NCBI GenBank assembly: GCA_050084515.1
Contig: CM114271.1
Coordinates: 2,666,001 to 2,730,000 of the forward strand
Direction of reading: 5' to 3'
Length of the DNA: 64,000 nucleotides
Origin: Blasia pusilla
Taxonomy: Eukaryota
Shown here: piece after piece, positions 1-12,474 of the stretch
How positions within the stretch are numbered: the stretch's first letter is position 1
How the letters are laid out: each line of letters opens with the position of its first letter
The notes under the pieces: generated by a model
The model's database searches: none
What the model saw: only the letters and a program-made list of their open reading frames with translations
Told to the model about the DNA's origin: nothing
Made by a program: the position numbers and the translations under genes

Positions 1-1
1 C

Positions 2-88
2 TAGGATGGATGTACCTACGTGGTTGAACACGTCAGCGTTTGAGTGACAGAGTAGGATGGATCTACCTACGTGGTTGAACACGTCAGC
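2..88. repeat. Two copies of a ~51-bp-period direct repeat (taggatggat.tacctacgtggttgaacacgtcagc); array may continue beyond the window edge
   Basis: Near-identical 36-37 bp strings at 2-38 and 53-88. Confidence 0.8.
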
Positions 89-152
89 ATCTGAGAACCA
101 CTGCAGTTGAGAAGGAAGAGGCTAAGATCATGCCAGGCAGGCTGGCTGACTT

Positions 153-845
153 GGCAACCCCAATGGGGTGGCTCAAAGCTCCTCTAACAACCCATTTTAC
201 GGTTGGAGAAGACTATGGCAACCCTAGTAGGGCGTGTCAAAGCTCTGATTTTACCACTATAGAATGTTCTGGCAACCGTACTAGGGTGGCTCAAAGCTCA
301 TATAGCAACCGATTTTACGGTTGGAGGAAACTCTCTCAACCCCAATAGGCTATCTCAAAGCTCCTCTAACAATCAATTTTACGGCTAAAGGAAACTCTAG
401 CAACCCTACTAGGGCAGTTCAAAGCTCCTCTAACAATGGATTTTGCCGTTGGAGAAAACTCTCGAAACCCTAGTAGGGGGCGTCAAACCTCCTCTACCAA
501 CCAATTTTACGACTGGAGAAAAATATGGCAACCGTAAGGCATCTCAGAGCTCCTCCAACAACCAATTTTATGGTTGAAGAAAACTCTGGCAACCCTTGTA
601 GGGTGACTCAAAGCTCTTCTAACAACCAAGTTTACAATTGGAGAAAAAATTGGCAACCCTAGTAGGGTGGCTCAAAGCTCCACTTTTGACAACTAATTTT
701 ATGGCTGGAGAAAAATATTGCAACCCTGGTAAGGCAGCTCAAAGCTCCTCCAACAACCAATTTTGTGGTGGAAGCAAACTCTGGCAACCCTTGTAGGGTG
801 ACTCAAAGCTCTTCTTCTAACAACCAAGTTTACAATTGGAGAAAA
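153..845. repeat. Degenerate tandem repeat / minisatellite, ~64-bp unit, ~11 copies
   Basis: Unit ggcaaccctagtagggtggctcaaagctcctctaacaaccaattttacggttggagaaaactct recurs with starts at about 153, 217, 271, 335, 399, 463, 527, 588, 652, 719 and 783. The 64-bp period is not a multiple of 3. Confidence 0.9.
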
Positions 846-3800
846 ATTATGGAAGGATTACTCCCCTCATGGTGACACCTCTTTGTTTGACATTTGGTAT
901 CAAACATGTTCCCCCCTCAATATATGTTTCACTACCAAGTTTGAAAGTATGGGTTTAGTCTTGTATCCATCACGCATTGTAAATCATTTGATGTTCGGAT
1001 ACTTTGCTAGTAGTTGGAAGAAGAGATCCTCTTTGCGAAAATTGCAATAAATTACAATATCTTTGATGCAAATTCTCCATGAGATTATATCCATTGAGTA
1101 TTAGCTTGAGCTATATGATAAGATGGATCTTCATATTTTTAAGCCCTAGCAGCCAGTAGTAAATTTGGGAATTATTAATTTGGTAAGTTAGTCTAAGGAG
1201 ACAAGAAGTTGGGTTAGGCAAAGACGGGGAACCAGAATTGTATGAGTGTTTATTAGCTGTAAAGTTTGATTATGGGCTTTTGTATGTTTTGACAAATTAT
1301 GAGTGGTAGTAATTATTCGGAACACTCCTAAGAGGAAAAATCCATCAACATGTTCTTGTGAGAGATCGATCCAACAACGTCATTTGAAAGCATGGAGTTA
1401 CAACATTAGTATAGTTGATAAAGAGGTACTAACCACAATAGGATTAAAGACTAAAGGCACTTCTAGCATCATGGATGAGTAACACCAATTCAAGAATTGA
1501 CAATCCATGACGTACAATGCGAGAATAGTGATTAGGTTAGAACGATGATGAGATGCTGGAAAAACTGTGTAATCAAGTTGAATCAACTATAACTAGTTGA
1601 GAAGAATGCATAATTTTTTATCATAAAGAAGACAAGAGGTTTTCTTCTCCTTTGAATGCACGAGAATAGATATAATGTTCTTCCCAAAGAGAAAACTTCT
1701 CCTAAATCCTTGCATTACATTATTTCATTTCCACTGTTTGATGATTTGTAGTACAACGTGTTTGGTGGTTTAAGTATGTTTATAATTCCAACTATCTTCC
1801 TATCTTAGATCTTGTTTATATGCCGATTGATACTCCACATTTGCTCTTTGCCACTTCTAAACCTTAAACCTTCATTTTAGTGATGGTGCTCGGATTGTGT
1901 GTACTAAAAAGTATTTGTATAACATCTAGAGATGTTCACTAACTTCTTTCCTCCATGGGTTACCTTGATAAAGTACAATCTAAATGTGAGGTTAGAAATT
2001 TTATTTTAGTGTGATTTGATAGGTGACCACGGATAGCATACATGTGAAATTTACAACAATTTTATGCATGGTAATGACTACTTTCTTTCCAATGAAAAAG
2101 GTGATTTATGGCTACAAGGAATGGCTACAAGGAATGCCCTATGACCACCAACACTCCATGATGGCAAGAGAACACAAAACAAGACAACTCTTTGAAGGTA
2201 CCATATCTCCTCCATTATTTTGTGTTCTAATACTAACCTATTTGCCATGAGATTTGGACTCCATTATTCTGTGAGGAAAATTACGATATGGTACAATAAT
2301 ATGGCAGATAATAATAACTTATTTGCCTTTTGCCATGCTTTGTAGCCATACGTGCAATGCTTGTTTTATTGCATTTCCTAAGGTGTCCAAGTTATTTGGA
2401 GAATGTTTAAATCAACTTTACTCCAATACCTTCTGAGTGAGCCAAACAACCTGTATGAGTGATAGAAAATTTAGGGGGATGGAGAATGGGAGTCACTAAG
2501 AGATTAAGTGTATTTCGTGAATAAGTGCAACTTATATTAGAAAATAAAAACTATAATAGTCTTAGTTGAGCCCTATCAAGCATTGAGGTTTGCCCAGGGA
2601 CAAGTGGGATCTTTGACCATTATTGCACAAGGAGAAGGGATGTGAGTATATACCTCTAAATACTCCTCAAAGATAGCCCAAAAGGCAAGGTGCATTTCTC
2701 CCATCAGACTTGTGGGGAGAAGCCAAAAATATAGTGCCCAAGTTTCATTAGTCTTACGTCTATTTTGTAGGGGTGTGCATTTAGTCACGTAAATTATTGT
2801 CAACCATATTACAATGACCTTCACTATAGACTCTTAATCCATTTGACCACCTTTTGTAAACAAATCGATGAAGACAAAGGCCACTTGACTCATTTTGATT
2901 AAATTAAAGCAAGATAATAAACTGTAAAGAAAGAGAAGGAGTCTTTTCGGCATGTATGGAATTAGGAAGACAAAAAAAAGGTGACCCATCACACAATAAG
3001 TGACTTAGAAGAGTGAAAAAGGTTCAAGGCCAAAACCAGCAGATACAGGAAAATAAGGAATATATTAAAAGTAACATGTCCCCAAAAGAAGCTCCTTAGA
3101 GGTAAACTAACCAACAACAAAATCAATGTTTGCCCCATGCACCATAATCTCAACTTCCACACAGAATACCTCTAATAAGAGTCTTGATAGTAAACCCCTA
3201 CTCCTTACTTCATATCTCTCATCATATGTGGCAGATAGGCCTCAAATACCAAGTACCAGGAGTGTGGTGCTCATGCATGCCCTTCATCAGTTGCATGAAA
3301 AGGTGCAGAAACTTTAGATTGCCTGACCTTCCATAGCCTGCTGTGAGGGGACAGGTAACTGCCATTTTCATCACCATAACCAGAATTGTAGTTCTGCTAA
3401 CCCTCTGCCTTCTACCGGAACCCAACCAACCAACCACTACTCTTTCAAGTGAGTGAGTGGATGGATGCGATGGGTTGTAGTTTGTAGTCAGAGGTGCAAA
3501 TTGCAGCTTTTATCAAGTTCATTGCAGTTGACACTGCAATGTTAGATTCCAAAAGGTTGTTCTAAGACTAGCCTCATTAATAGGTGCAATGCCGGTAGCC
3601 TTGTCAGCACAGCTTTTCTAGATCACATCGTGTTTCTAGACATGCCCAGCAATCTGTGAAGGCTTTATGTCTACTTTTGATCAGACAGACTACTGAAATA
3701 CAGATACTGCAGCAATCGCAGTCGGAAGAATGTTATTGTAGCACATGGACACTTTAGAAAGACGTAAACTTGACAATTGAATAGGTTTTACAATGGGAAA

Positions 3801-4815
3801 TTAGCCACATGCACAGGTCAGGAACAGCCCACTTAAGCTGGGAGGTACAAAAATATGAATTTGTATTTTATACAAAGAATGGATGATTTTCCAGAAAGTC
3901 CACTTCTAACAAATGCAACTGCCCTCTGCAGGGACTTTCGTCATCAATACCATAGAAACAGGTCTGCTGTGATACGTACCAAACCCTCGGGTCCTTTCAT
4001 AGAAACAGGAATTCAGGTGCAAAAGTCCACCTGTTTCCTGGAAGAGGGGGAATTAACTTCCTCATCTTTCAACCAGAAAGAAACAAGCACTGTTCTGGAT
4101 CTTCAATTTGTCAAAAATGTGGTCAAACTGCCATAGATACTTGGCAGTGATACCAAGTTGATGGTGACTCTCTAGTGTCACTTGCCTCAATGTCCTGGAA
4201 TATGCAACAAGGAAACTTTCATCACAAAGAGTCCAATGAATCTCATCAATTCATGGAGCAGGCATCCAGTACATGAGCATGTTCTGCTTCGGCAGTGAAA
4301 CCAAGGTCATCAAGTGAGCAGCAACGCCAGCGCTATTTCAGAAAATGGCACAGCATCTAATCCAAAAGATCTGAAAGTTGACTAACATCAACTAAACAGA
4401 CTAGACATGAATCAACCTAACAACCTGAGTAGTACAAAAAGCCACTTTTGACATTCACTTCCCTTCCCCATACAATGCTCTTCTACTGTCCTGGATTGCA
4501 GGTGAGCATAAGCAAAAGCGAAGTCAGTACTGTGTGGGCACATACAGTTTTCACCCTACCAACAATGACCACTAAGGTTATGCGATCTAGTCAGACAGCA
4601 GCAACTGTACCCCACACGAATCAATTTTGGCGTGATGATACACATCAGGCACACGAAAGAGAGCTCTCGGACATTGATAAACACAGCACACTGAGGTTGG
4701 TGATGAGCACAATTACTTACATAGCGGATAGTTCACTGAGAACGGCACTCAATGACACGGTCTTCTCAATTTGAGTATGGCCTAATGCCAAGCTCCCTGC
4801 TTCAAGGAGCAGTTG

Positions 4816-5208
4816 CTAGTCTGTGCACATACTATGATGCCTTTTTCGCCGTTTCCAGTGTGGTATAGCAACGGGACGAGGTAAGGTCTTTCCTGGTTGA
4901 GGATGATTATGCACACCCTCATAAAAGTGTCTCACATGGCCTTCTGTTGTGCGTTCCTCAATTTTCCGAGCAATACATCCAATGTTTGTACATCCATAGA
5001 ACACGCGCGGTCGGACCATTCCTGGCAAAGCAATCTCTCCATACTTTCTCCAATTGTAACCATCTAATGATATCTTCCCAGGTGCATTGTTGGCCCCATT
5101 CTTCCCATCATTGGCTGCCGCAACTTTTGATGCAGAAGACTCTTGGAGTGGTGCAGAATGCCGGCCACCTCTAGGCTGAACTGGCTTTTTCACTGGAGCT
5201 TCAATTAC
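4816..5208 (-). CDS. Terminal exon encoding a WRKY domain (variant heptapeptide WRKYGEI, C2H2 zinc finger)
   Basis: Translation DGYNWRKYGEI...PRVFYGCTNIGCIARKIEE...YEGVHNHPQP. Phase-0 acceptor (ttccag|GTA ATT GAA) at 5209-5210 on the minus strand; stop at 4816. Confidence 0.85.
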   Translation of the reverse strand, partial: VIEAPVKKPVQPRGGRHSAPLQESSASKVAAANDGKNGANNAPGKISLDGYNWRKYGEIALPGMVRPRVFYGCTNIGCIARKIEERTTEGHVRHFYEGVHNHPQPGKTLPRPVAIPHWKRRKRHHSMCTD

Positions 5209-5552
5209 CTGGAAGTCCGGTCATAGAGGTCACAGTCAACAGAAGCTAGTAACTCTGTCAGAGAAGATGGACCATACATGGGAGAAGAGCACTCATGAAA
5301 TCTTAAGGAATTATCGACAAACATTCCCTTTGACATATCAATTCCCTAACTAAGAATGACAACTGGTTGAATTGAAGTGAATTGAAACCTATTCGAAGTA
5401 ATCATGCTCTCTGAGTCTCACAACCCATAATTACCACCCCTCATGGCCATTACAATTTGAGCTCCCGTCATTTACAAGATTTGCAAGTTGCAATCCACTT
5501 GAACCATAAACCTGTGGTATCTCCTTTGGAAAAACACTCGGATACCTCAAGT

Positions 5553-6136
5553 TGTAAGAACATAGTAACTTGGAGTTTACTGTAGTGAAGAGTAACTCAT
5601 AGAATTACTGTAGTAACTTGGTGTTTTTCTGCAGTATATAGTAATTTGTTGTTACCAGAGATTTACCTCAGTAATTCACAGTGAATTACTATGGACGGCA
5701 GATCCTAGCCCTAAAATGTAGAACTTGATCTTTTGGCTGTATATAAACCCTTGTGGGTGCCCTGCGAATTTAGATTCACAAACCTTTTCATATGCAACTC
5801 TCTGAGCTTGAGGAGCTGATTGAGCAGCACTGAGTGCCCTTTGCTCACCTAAGTGGAGTGTTCTTCTGGCCTGAGTAGTGCAGTGTGCTTCTGCTTACAG
5901 ACTGAGTGGTCTGCTGACCTGAGGGGTTCAGTGAGTCTTGTGAAGCAAGGTGTCTAGTACTACTAACCTGAGTGGTTGCACTAAGCGTGCTTGTTAACGC
6001 TAGGTAGTCTGGCGGTACAGGTTGTCTAGTACTCTCCTCTACAATCTAACCTGAGTGATTGCTATTGCACTAAGTGTGCTTGTGAGAGCTAGGTTGTAGG
6101 GAATCTCTGAAATTTTAAAACCTCAACATCTTTACA
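5553..6136 (+). mobile_element. Possible solo LTR within the intron of the WRKY-like gene
   Basis: Begins TGTAA and ends TTACA, with a TATATAAA near 5740 and internal duplicated motifs. No clear TSD found. Confidence 0.35.
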
Positions 6137-9077
6137 TGTACAACTGGCAGCCATGCCAAGTTGAAACCCTGCTACCCTACTGCCCCTGCACATGCTACTC
6201 CCTAGAAGAATGGCCTTCCTACAAGTGCCTCTTCCAAACCCAAATCGGCCATATTTTCTGTGTCCTGGTCAGAATAAGGTAGGTTTCGTTTGAAGTAAGT
6301 TATTTCGGAATGAAATGTTGTTGACTTTAACACAGCCTCAGCCTCAACAACTACTATAGCATGGATGCCATAAAGAAGTACCCAAGGAGGTAAACAAATG
6401 CGACCAATCTACTTGAAAAAACCAGAAGGAAATAAAACGTGAACAGAAAGAGTGCAACTTCACATCCAGTGACTGTCCAAAACTTTCAAAATGGACAAAA
6501 CTTAACCAACCAAAAAACTGGAAATGCTTGCTTAAGCCTGCTTTCAAACTGCTGCATTATTCTAACACATAGCAAGTCCCAGATCTCAGAATAATGCAGC
6601 ATTAAACAAGTGTGCTCATATGCTAGCGTTACAGTCACAGTTTCTTTTCAAATGTCCCATAAAGCGACTGTGTGATCGTAACGCTAGCATATAATATGCA
6701 ATCAGTTTAACATATTTGTTACCTTCAAATCACTGATGCAGATTGCACTCATTAAGTAGTGCCTGTCATTAACTTGCACCATAGACCACACCCTGACTGG
6801 ACTATATTAGTCGCTGGGATGGGCAAAGAGGGATAGGCAGGCTGGAGGCAGCAATTGCACTTCCCAGGAGGTCACTCATCCATACTAGTCAGCTCAAGGA
6901 CACTTGACTGCAGATTTCTGACACGAGCTGGTGCAGTAGATGCTGTATGACCACACAACTGCGAGCTATTGACGCAGCGATTCAGATGAGTGTCACTGTG
7001 ACCCAATTACAGGGATGAATCCTGAAGCCAGAATGACCTATGGTGATCTTTTAGAGTAAAAATGTCGGTACCACACTTGAAAAGTTATAAATTCACACAA
7101 TGCATTACTGCAAGAGTACCTGATCCGGGAACAGTTGGAGTCAAGGAACTAGACTGAATAAATGGATGCCAGGATTATTTGTAATCACTGGGAAACTTGA
7201 AACTGAGGGATCCCAGGACATTGAATCTAGCAGAGACCTGTACAGCCGAATTTCAGTCTCCTTGGCTTCTACACACCATGAAGGAGCATATCTGTTAGTC
7301 AGCATGAGTTCTACCTTTCAAGATTTGAGATCAGACCATGGGACCAAGGTTAGTATATTACTTTAAGGTGCACAGACTTGCTCTCTCCTGGGTGTGGATC
7401 GTCCATGCCCCAGGTAGAACTTTCCAGACTGGTACCAGCCCCAATTGTAAGCACCACCAGGTGATTGAATCCCCATGCTCAGCCGCAATTGAGCCCACCC
7501 ATTAGCTCTCAAGCCGGTTATGTGATGGATTTTCAGCTAACAATTCTGCCAACTACCACTTGATATGCCAGAAGACAACTAGAATGAGACCAAGACCAAG
7601 AGGACAGGCCGTCAGACTACTCAGTAAGAGCCCAATATCATGGGACTTGTAGCACTAGGACGCCTAGAGTCTATGGCTGAAGGACACCCATCTTGTCCAA
7701 GAAGCCCAAAATGAAGAAAAAGTATACCCACTGTCAGTCTTCAGGGGTCAGCACAAGGACATGGTCCTTAGGATTTTCAAGGCCTACAGGACCTTTGATG
7801 GCCCAAGGACAGATCGCAGTAGAACGCAGTAAATGTTTTAGCCAGATTCAATCATCCTGGAGTGCTCTTGATATCAGTCCAGTTTGTTCGCTATAGGTCC
7901 ATCTGGCGGCCACATCTTGGTGCCAGTGGTGTCCACTGGCACCAGGAAGAAGCTCATAGATGCTGAGGTAGGAACTTTGCCCTCTAAGTAGTGGCTTTCA
8001 TAGTCATGTAACCATACACCCAAAGGATACTACTAAGAGAATCATGGGAGACCTGAGACAAACCAGGTATAGTTTTGCACTTCCTACACAGGGCGGAGCG
8101 AGAACTTGAGCACCTCAGCACTTTCACCCAAACCAACTGCTACCAGGATCATGCTTACAGGAATTGATCCTCAGCCAGGGAAATCAAAGTTACAATCATG
8201 AAAGAATGAAACAGGTTTGAATTCTCTGCTGGTCACTAAGAGGGTAGACATAGTACACACTGGCTAAAACTACACCAGGAAAGAAAAATAGTAGAGTTTT
8301 GCTGTTTCTACTCCAACAGAGTCCATTACATGAAACAGGGCAACCTGATCACAAATATGAAAGGTAACAAGTCCAAATTTTATCACTCAGAACGCACACA
8401 TAAGTTTGACCACATCAACGGAGTGATTACATGGAAAGAGGAAGTAACAAATTTAGATCCAAAGTGTTGTCGAAGGAAAGAAGCCTTGTTTCTCTCCTCT
8501 GATGGGCACGGTGACTTTGGAGAATTCTGCGCATACTGAAGTTCAAACTGGGCAGAGACAAGTTATGATGTCAGACCATGAAGCAAGTAAACTACAGTCC
8601 ATCAAAGCCGATGTCACACACCTGTGACTCGCGATTGTGGACACCTTGAAGTCGAGCAAGCTCAATCTCAATTTTGACCATCTTTTGCCGAAGATCCTCA
8701 TACTCCTGAAGAGATCATCCATCCACATCAGCCAAACACCATCGCGAAGTTGACTGGTCGAACGACACAAGCTGCAAGGCTATGTACAACGTCTACATTG
8801 CCTGTTGGAAGAGGAGTCCTGGCATCACATCCATCACTGCGACTCAAATCTCCTGGAATCACTCCACTCAACACACCCCAAATCCCTTTCCCTCTCTGGA
8901 GGGTGCAGTAATTGTTAACCATGTCCCAATACAGAACAAATGAAAGACAACCCCGTCCAGTTCAGCCATATCTACCATATGGTCCCATCCCTACTCCCAC
9001 AAACTAGTTGAATTCGACTGTGACATATTCGTCACCTTATTGTTTCAACCGAGAGCATGATTTGTTGAGCTGCTCAC

Positions 9078-9923
9078 CTCTTTCAGTCTGCTGATTTCTA
9101 CTTCCACTGGAACTGGAGTGGCTCCATTCGATTCCTGAGGACTGGAGTGATTGTTGTTACAAGGCACAGCCCAAGTCTCTGTACCTCCTTGGGCATCCTG
9201 CACATTTCCTGAACATTCACCTTCAACCGCACCAGAATCCACCACCTGCTGTCTCACCGCTGCTACCTCGTGCACTCTACATTCCTCTCCTAACCCTAAC
9301 CCTAAGTCCAGTCCAGCTTGGTCGGCACCATTGTCGTCAACCAAATGCTCCAAAGGTCTTGAGAGTTGCTTCCCCACTCTGCAAATATCCTCTGCGGCAT
9401 GGGTTTCGCACCGAACAGGTTCATCTTCAGATGAAACCACAACTCCAAATCTCATGCAGCCCTCGACCACACAGTGCTCAAACATAACCATCCACGCTTC
9501 GCGATGCTGAGAGCATCTTGAAGGTCCTGTGGAATGGCCGTAAGTTGCCGACATTTTACAAGACCATACTTCACATTGAGGGTCCTTGCTGCGCATCCAC
9601 AGACACTCTCGGCTTCTCTCCGTGAACGGTTCTCTCTCCTGCCAAACCACCAAAAGGTCCGGGTTGCTACCCACGACCTCCCCTCCAATCTCTGCATCCA
9701 GGGGCTTGACTTCGAAGATTTGGGTGGTATCCACCTCGCTGCAGAGAACAATTGGGTGATCGATGTCATCCTTCTCTTTCTTGATGCACAGAAATGGGCC
9801 GTTCACATCCACAAAGTCGTCGTCGTCCTTGTTGCAGTACTCCTGTTTTATGATAATGGTGTTGCCGCTGGGATCTATGAGTTCCGATCCCATCTCGTCA
9901 GGGCCACCCACGAAGCTGCCCAT
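9078..9923 (-). CDS. Probable first coding exon of the WRKY-like gene; two Cys/His repeats (C-x4-C...C-x2-H, EsV-1-7-like) and acidic linker
   Basis: Part of the 297-aa ORF, first ATG at 9923. Contains CEVWSCKMSATYGHSTGPSRCSQHREAWMV and CVVEGCMRFG...PVRCETH. Phase-0 donor GAG|GTGAGC at 9077 matches the phase-0 acceptor of the WRKY exon. Confidence 0.65.
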
Positions 9924-10608
9924 TCGGCTGCCTTCCACGATTCCAGAAAGTGATGGCCTCAGGCATTCGAGAAATCTCCGATGAAGACTGAGCAGGGTTC
10001 ATCCGCCGATGGACAGGAGAGAAATCAAGCAGTCCACGCGAGGAAAACAAGTAAGCGATTACTCCCGTCCACTGCTGCGTCCAGACGCTCATGACCAGCA
10101 CCAATCCCCAACTCCTCGCCCGACAATCCAAATCCACCTCACATCACTCGGATTCCACCGCGAAACCCGACGCATATGCAACAAATACATGGAGGGGAAA
10201 ACACTCCACTCTTTCTTCCCAGAACCCAAGTATGTTTACACTCATACAGCCATAACACTGCCATTTCCACATATCAAGCAAGTATCTGCGAAATTCCTAC
10301 AGCAAGAATTGAACGGATGAAATCGCTGCGGAGCATACTAACGCAATTCCACTCACCCGACCAGCGAAATCACCCTTCCCTCCTCATTCTGCCTTCCAAG
10401 CTCGCCCCTGTGCCTCCTCCGAATTTCCTCCCCCCACCCACGACGAGCACCTCCAGACAGCACAGCTCAGCTGGTAAATTCCTCCTCTCCAGGCTCAGCC
10501 AGCCTTCACTTGCTGCTCCTCATCCTGCGAGCCCACGGAGAGCCACCATCGCAGCAACCCCAACTAAGCTCCGTGGACCGACTCCAATTAGTCGTTTATG
10601 AGCGGTTA

Positions 10609-10609
<1 letters not shown>

Positions 10610-10652
<43 letters not shown>

Positions 10653-11070
10653 CAAGGCAAGGACAGGCACTGCTTCACGAGAATAGTGTCTCTCACACGA
10701 ACCTCAGAGGCACACGAAGGCTTTTCTGGATCCCCGTGGTAGTCACTTCGCTCATTCAGTCACTCATATTCCCTCTCCCTCTCGCTCTCTCTCTCTCTCA
10801 CTCTCACTGTGTGTGTGTGCGAAGACAGGCACTGCTACGTGCGAACAGTGTATCTCTCACACAAAGGCCTCTCTAAATGGACTATTATATTAATACGCCA
10901 CTTCGCTCATTCAGTCATATTCTCTCTCTATCTCTCTCTCTGTGTAATGACAGGCGGTGTGTCTGATGACAAGCACTACTTAATGAGAACAGACTCAGCG
11001 AAGTAAGCGAAGTGATTAAAACACTTCGCTCACCTCCCTCTCTCTCTCACTCCCCCTCTATCACTCTCCT
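10610..11070. repeat. (CT)n/(GA)n microsatellites within ~3 degenerate 150-160 bp units upstream of the WRKY-like gene
   Basis: Pure (CT)n at about 10611-10648; gacaggcactgc and cacttcgctca motifs recur three times. Confidence 0.7.
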
Positions 11071-12474
11071 CTAACACCTGAGGCTCCAAATTCTCGTCGC
11101 CGAGCCCGCAATCATTAGTTTGACCCTCGTCCGATCCTCTTCCTGGAATCCATCCACGAATCCTGCGCTTTTCCTGCGAGCCCTCTACAGTAATCCTCCT
11201 GCCACTGCCAGTCCACCGCGATAGATGAAAGAACAAACGTTCCTGCAATGCCTATCACTACTCCTGTGCCTCACTCGAACTTCCTCTCTCTCTCTCTCTC
11301 TCACTCTTTATCCTTCTCCCTCCCCCCTCCCCTCACACTCTCTCTCTCTCTTTCTGTATGTGGGCACTGGGCTCTCCGAGTCTCCGCCACTGTCACTCAC
11401 CAGTCGGGCGGTCAGTCGGTCAGGGCAGGAAAAACCCCATGGATGTCTATATATATCAGTAGAAGACGGAACGCGATTGGGCTGTGGGGCTGATAGCAGT
11501 TAGTCACGCACACGCCGCCACTGCTTTCCAGAAGTCGTATTATTGCGAATGGTTCAGGATACCACGTGAGCGGATCGCGAATTCTTCTTCAGGGAAGTTC
11601 GCGGCTGTCGCGGATTAGGTGAGCGCGAATCTGAGGGATCGACGGTCGGAAGACGCGGTTGATCTCGTGCATTGCAGGACTCACTCCGTTTCACGTCCCA
11701 GATCTCTCCATCCCGACCGTCCGCCGCGGACTTCCCTGGCGCGCCAGCCCGTCAGCGACGCCATCTCCGCCGTTGGAGTTGAAACGGACGGCCGAGATGC
11801 GTCTGCAGGACCCAGTTAGGGCATTCATGATGTCGGTGACATGGTCCGGGTTAAAGGAGACGCGTCCACGTGTCCGTCCTGCCCGGGAGGTATCGCTGGT
11901 TTTGGAGAGATTCCCTTAAAGATGCCGAATCAGAGTTACCGATCGACAGTCGAGGAAACGGTCGACAACCTTCGCATCGGAGTCGTTCGATTGACGCGAC
12001 TGTTGTGACGTAGATGTTGCTCCGATCGTCCATGTCAGCATGGTGCTAGCCCACTCAGTGCAACAACAAGGACCGCTGGCGGGCCCCGAAGCTAACCCGA
12101 CACGGCACATTCATATCCGTCAGATTTTGGACGGTGATTCGGCACGGGTATCCGGAGCTTCGCGACTCCCAAAACCATGCCTTTTCTCGGCCCTCGGATC
12201 CTCCCCGCATCGGCTAAGATCGTCCGATCGGAAATGGTGAGAGATAATTATAAATAAATAACACAAAACAAAACCCACCGAAGTGACCGAACGAAGTACA
12301 CGGTCACATTTAATGACCAGTCCCGATATGGTACCCCACATCTCGACTCAGCGCGCGGCGCGACGGCATAGGAACGTTCTTATAAAGCATCTTATCCTCA
12401 TACATGTCCCCGAAAGACGCACAAAAAGTGTTTTGAGCTCCTCTCACTTTCAATCAACGAAGAAAGTGTATTAA

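Noticed and set aside
153-845. CRISPR-like appearance of regularly spaced repeats
   Set aside because: The whole 64-bp unit is repeated with no unique spacers, there are no cas genes, and the context is eukaryotic.
850-3200. Possible highly decayed retroelement on the minus strand
   Set aside because: Only faint protease- or RT-like words and no unambiguous motif; cannot be supported without a search.
7380-8950. Possible gag-like remnants or extra exons in the WRKY intron
   Set aside because: Short ORFs with no convincing domain or consistent splice pattern.
11520-12240. GC-rich stretch with many overlapping short ORFs
   Set aside because: No recognisable domain; the ORF density is explained by GC content.
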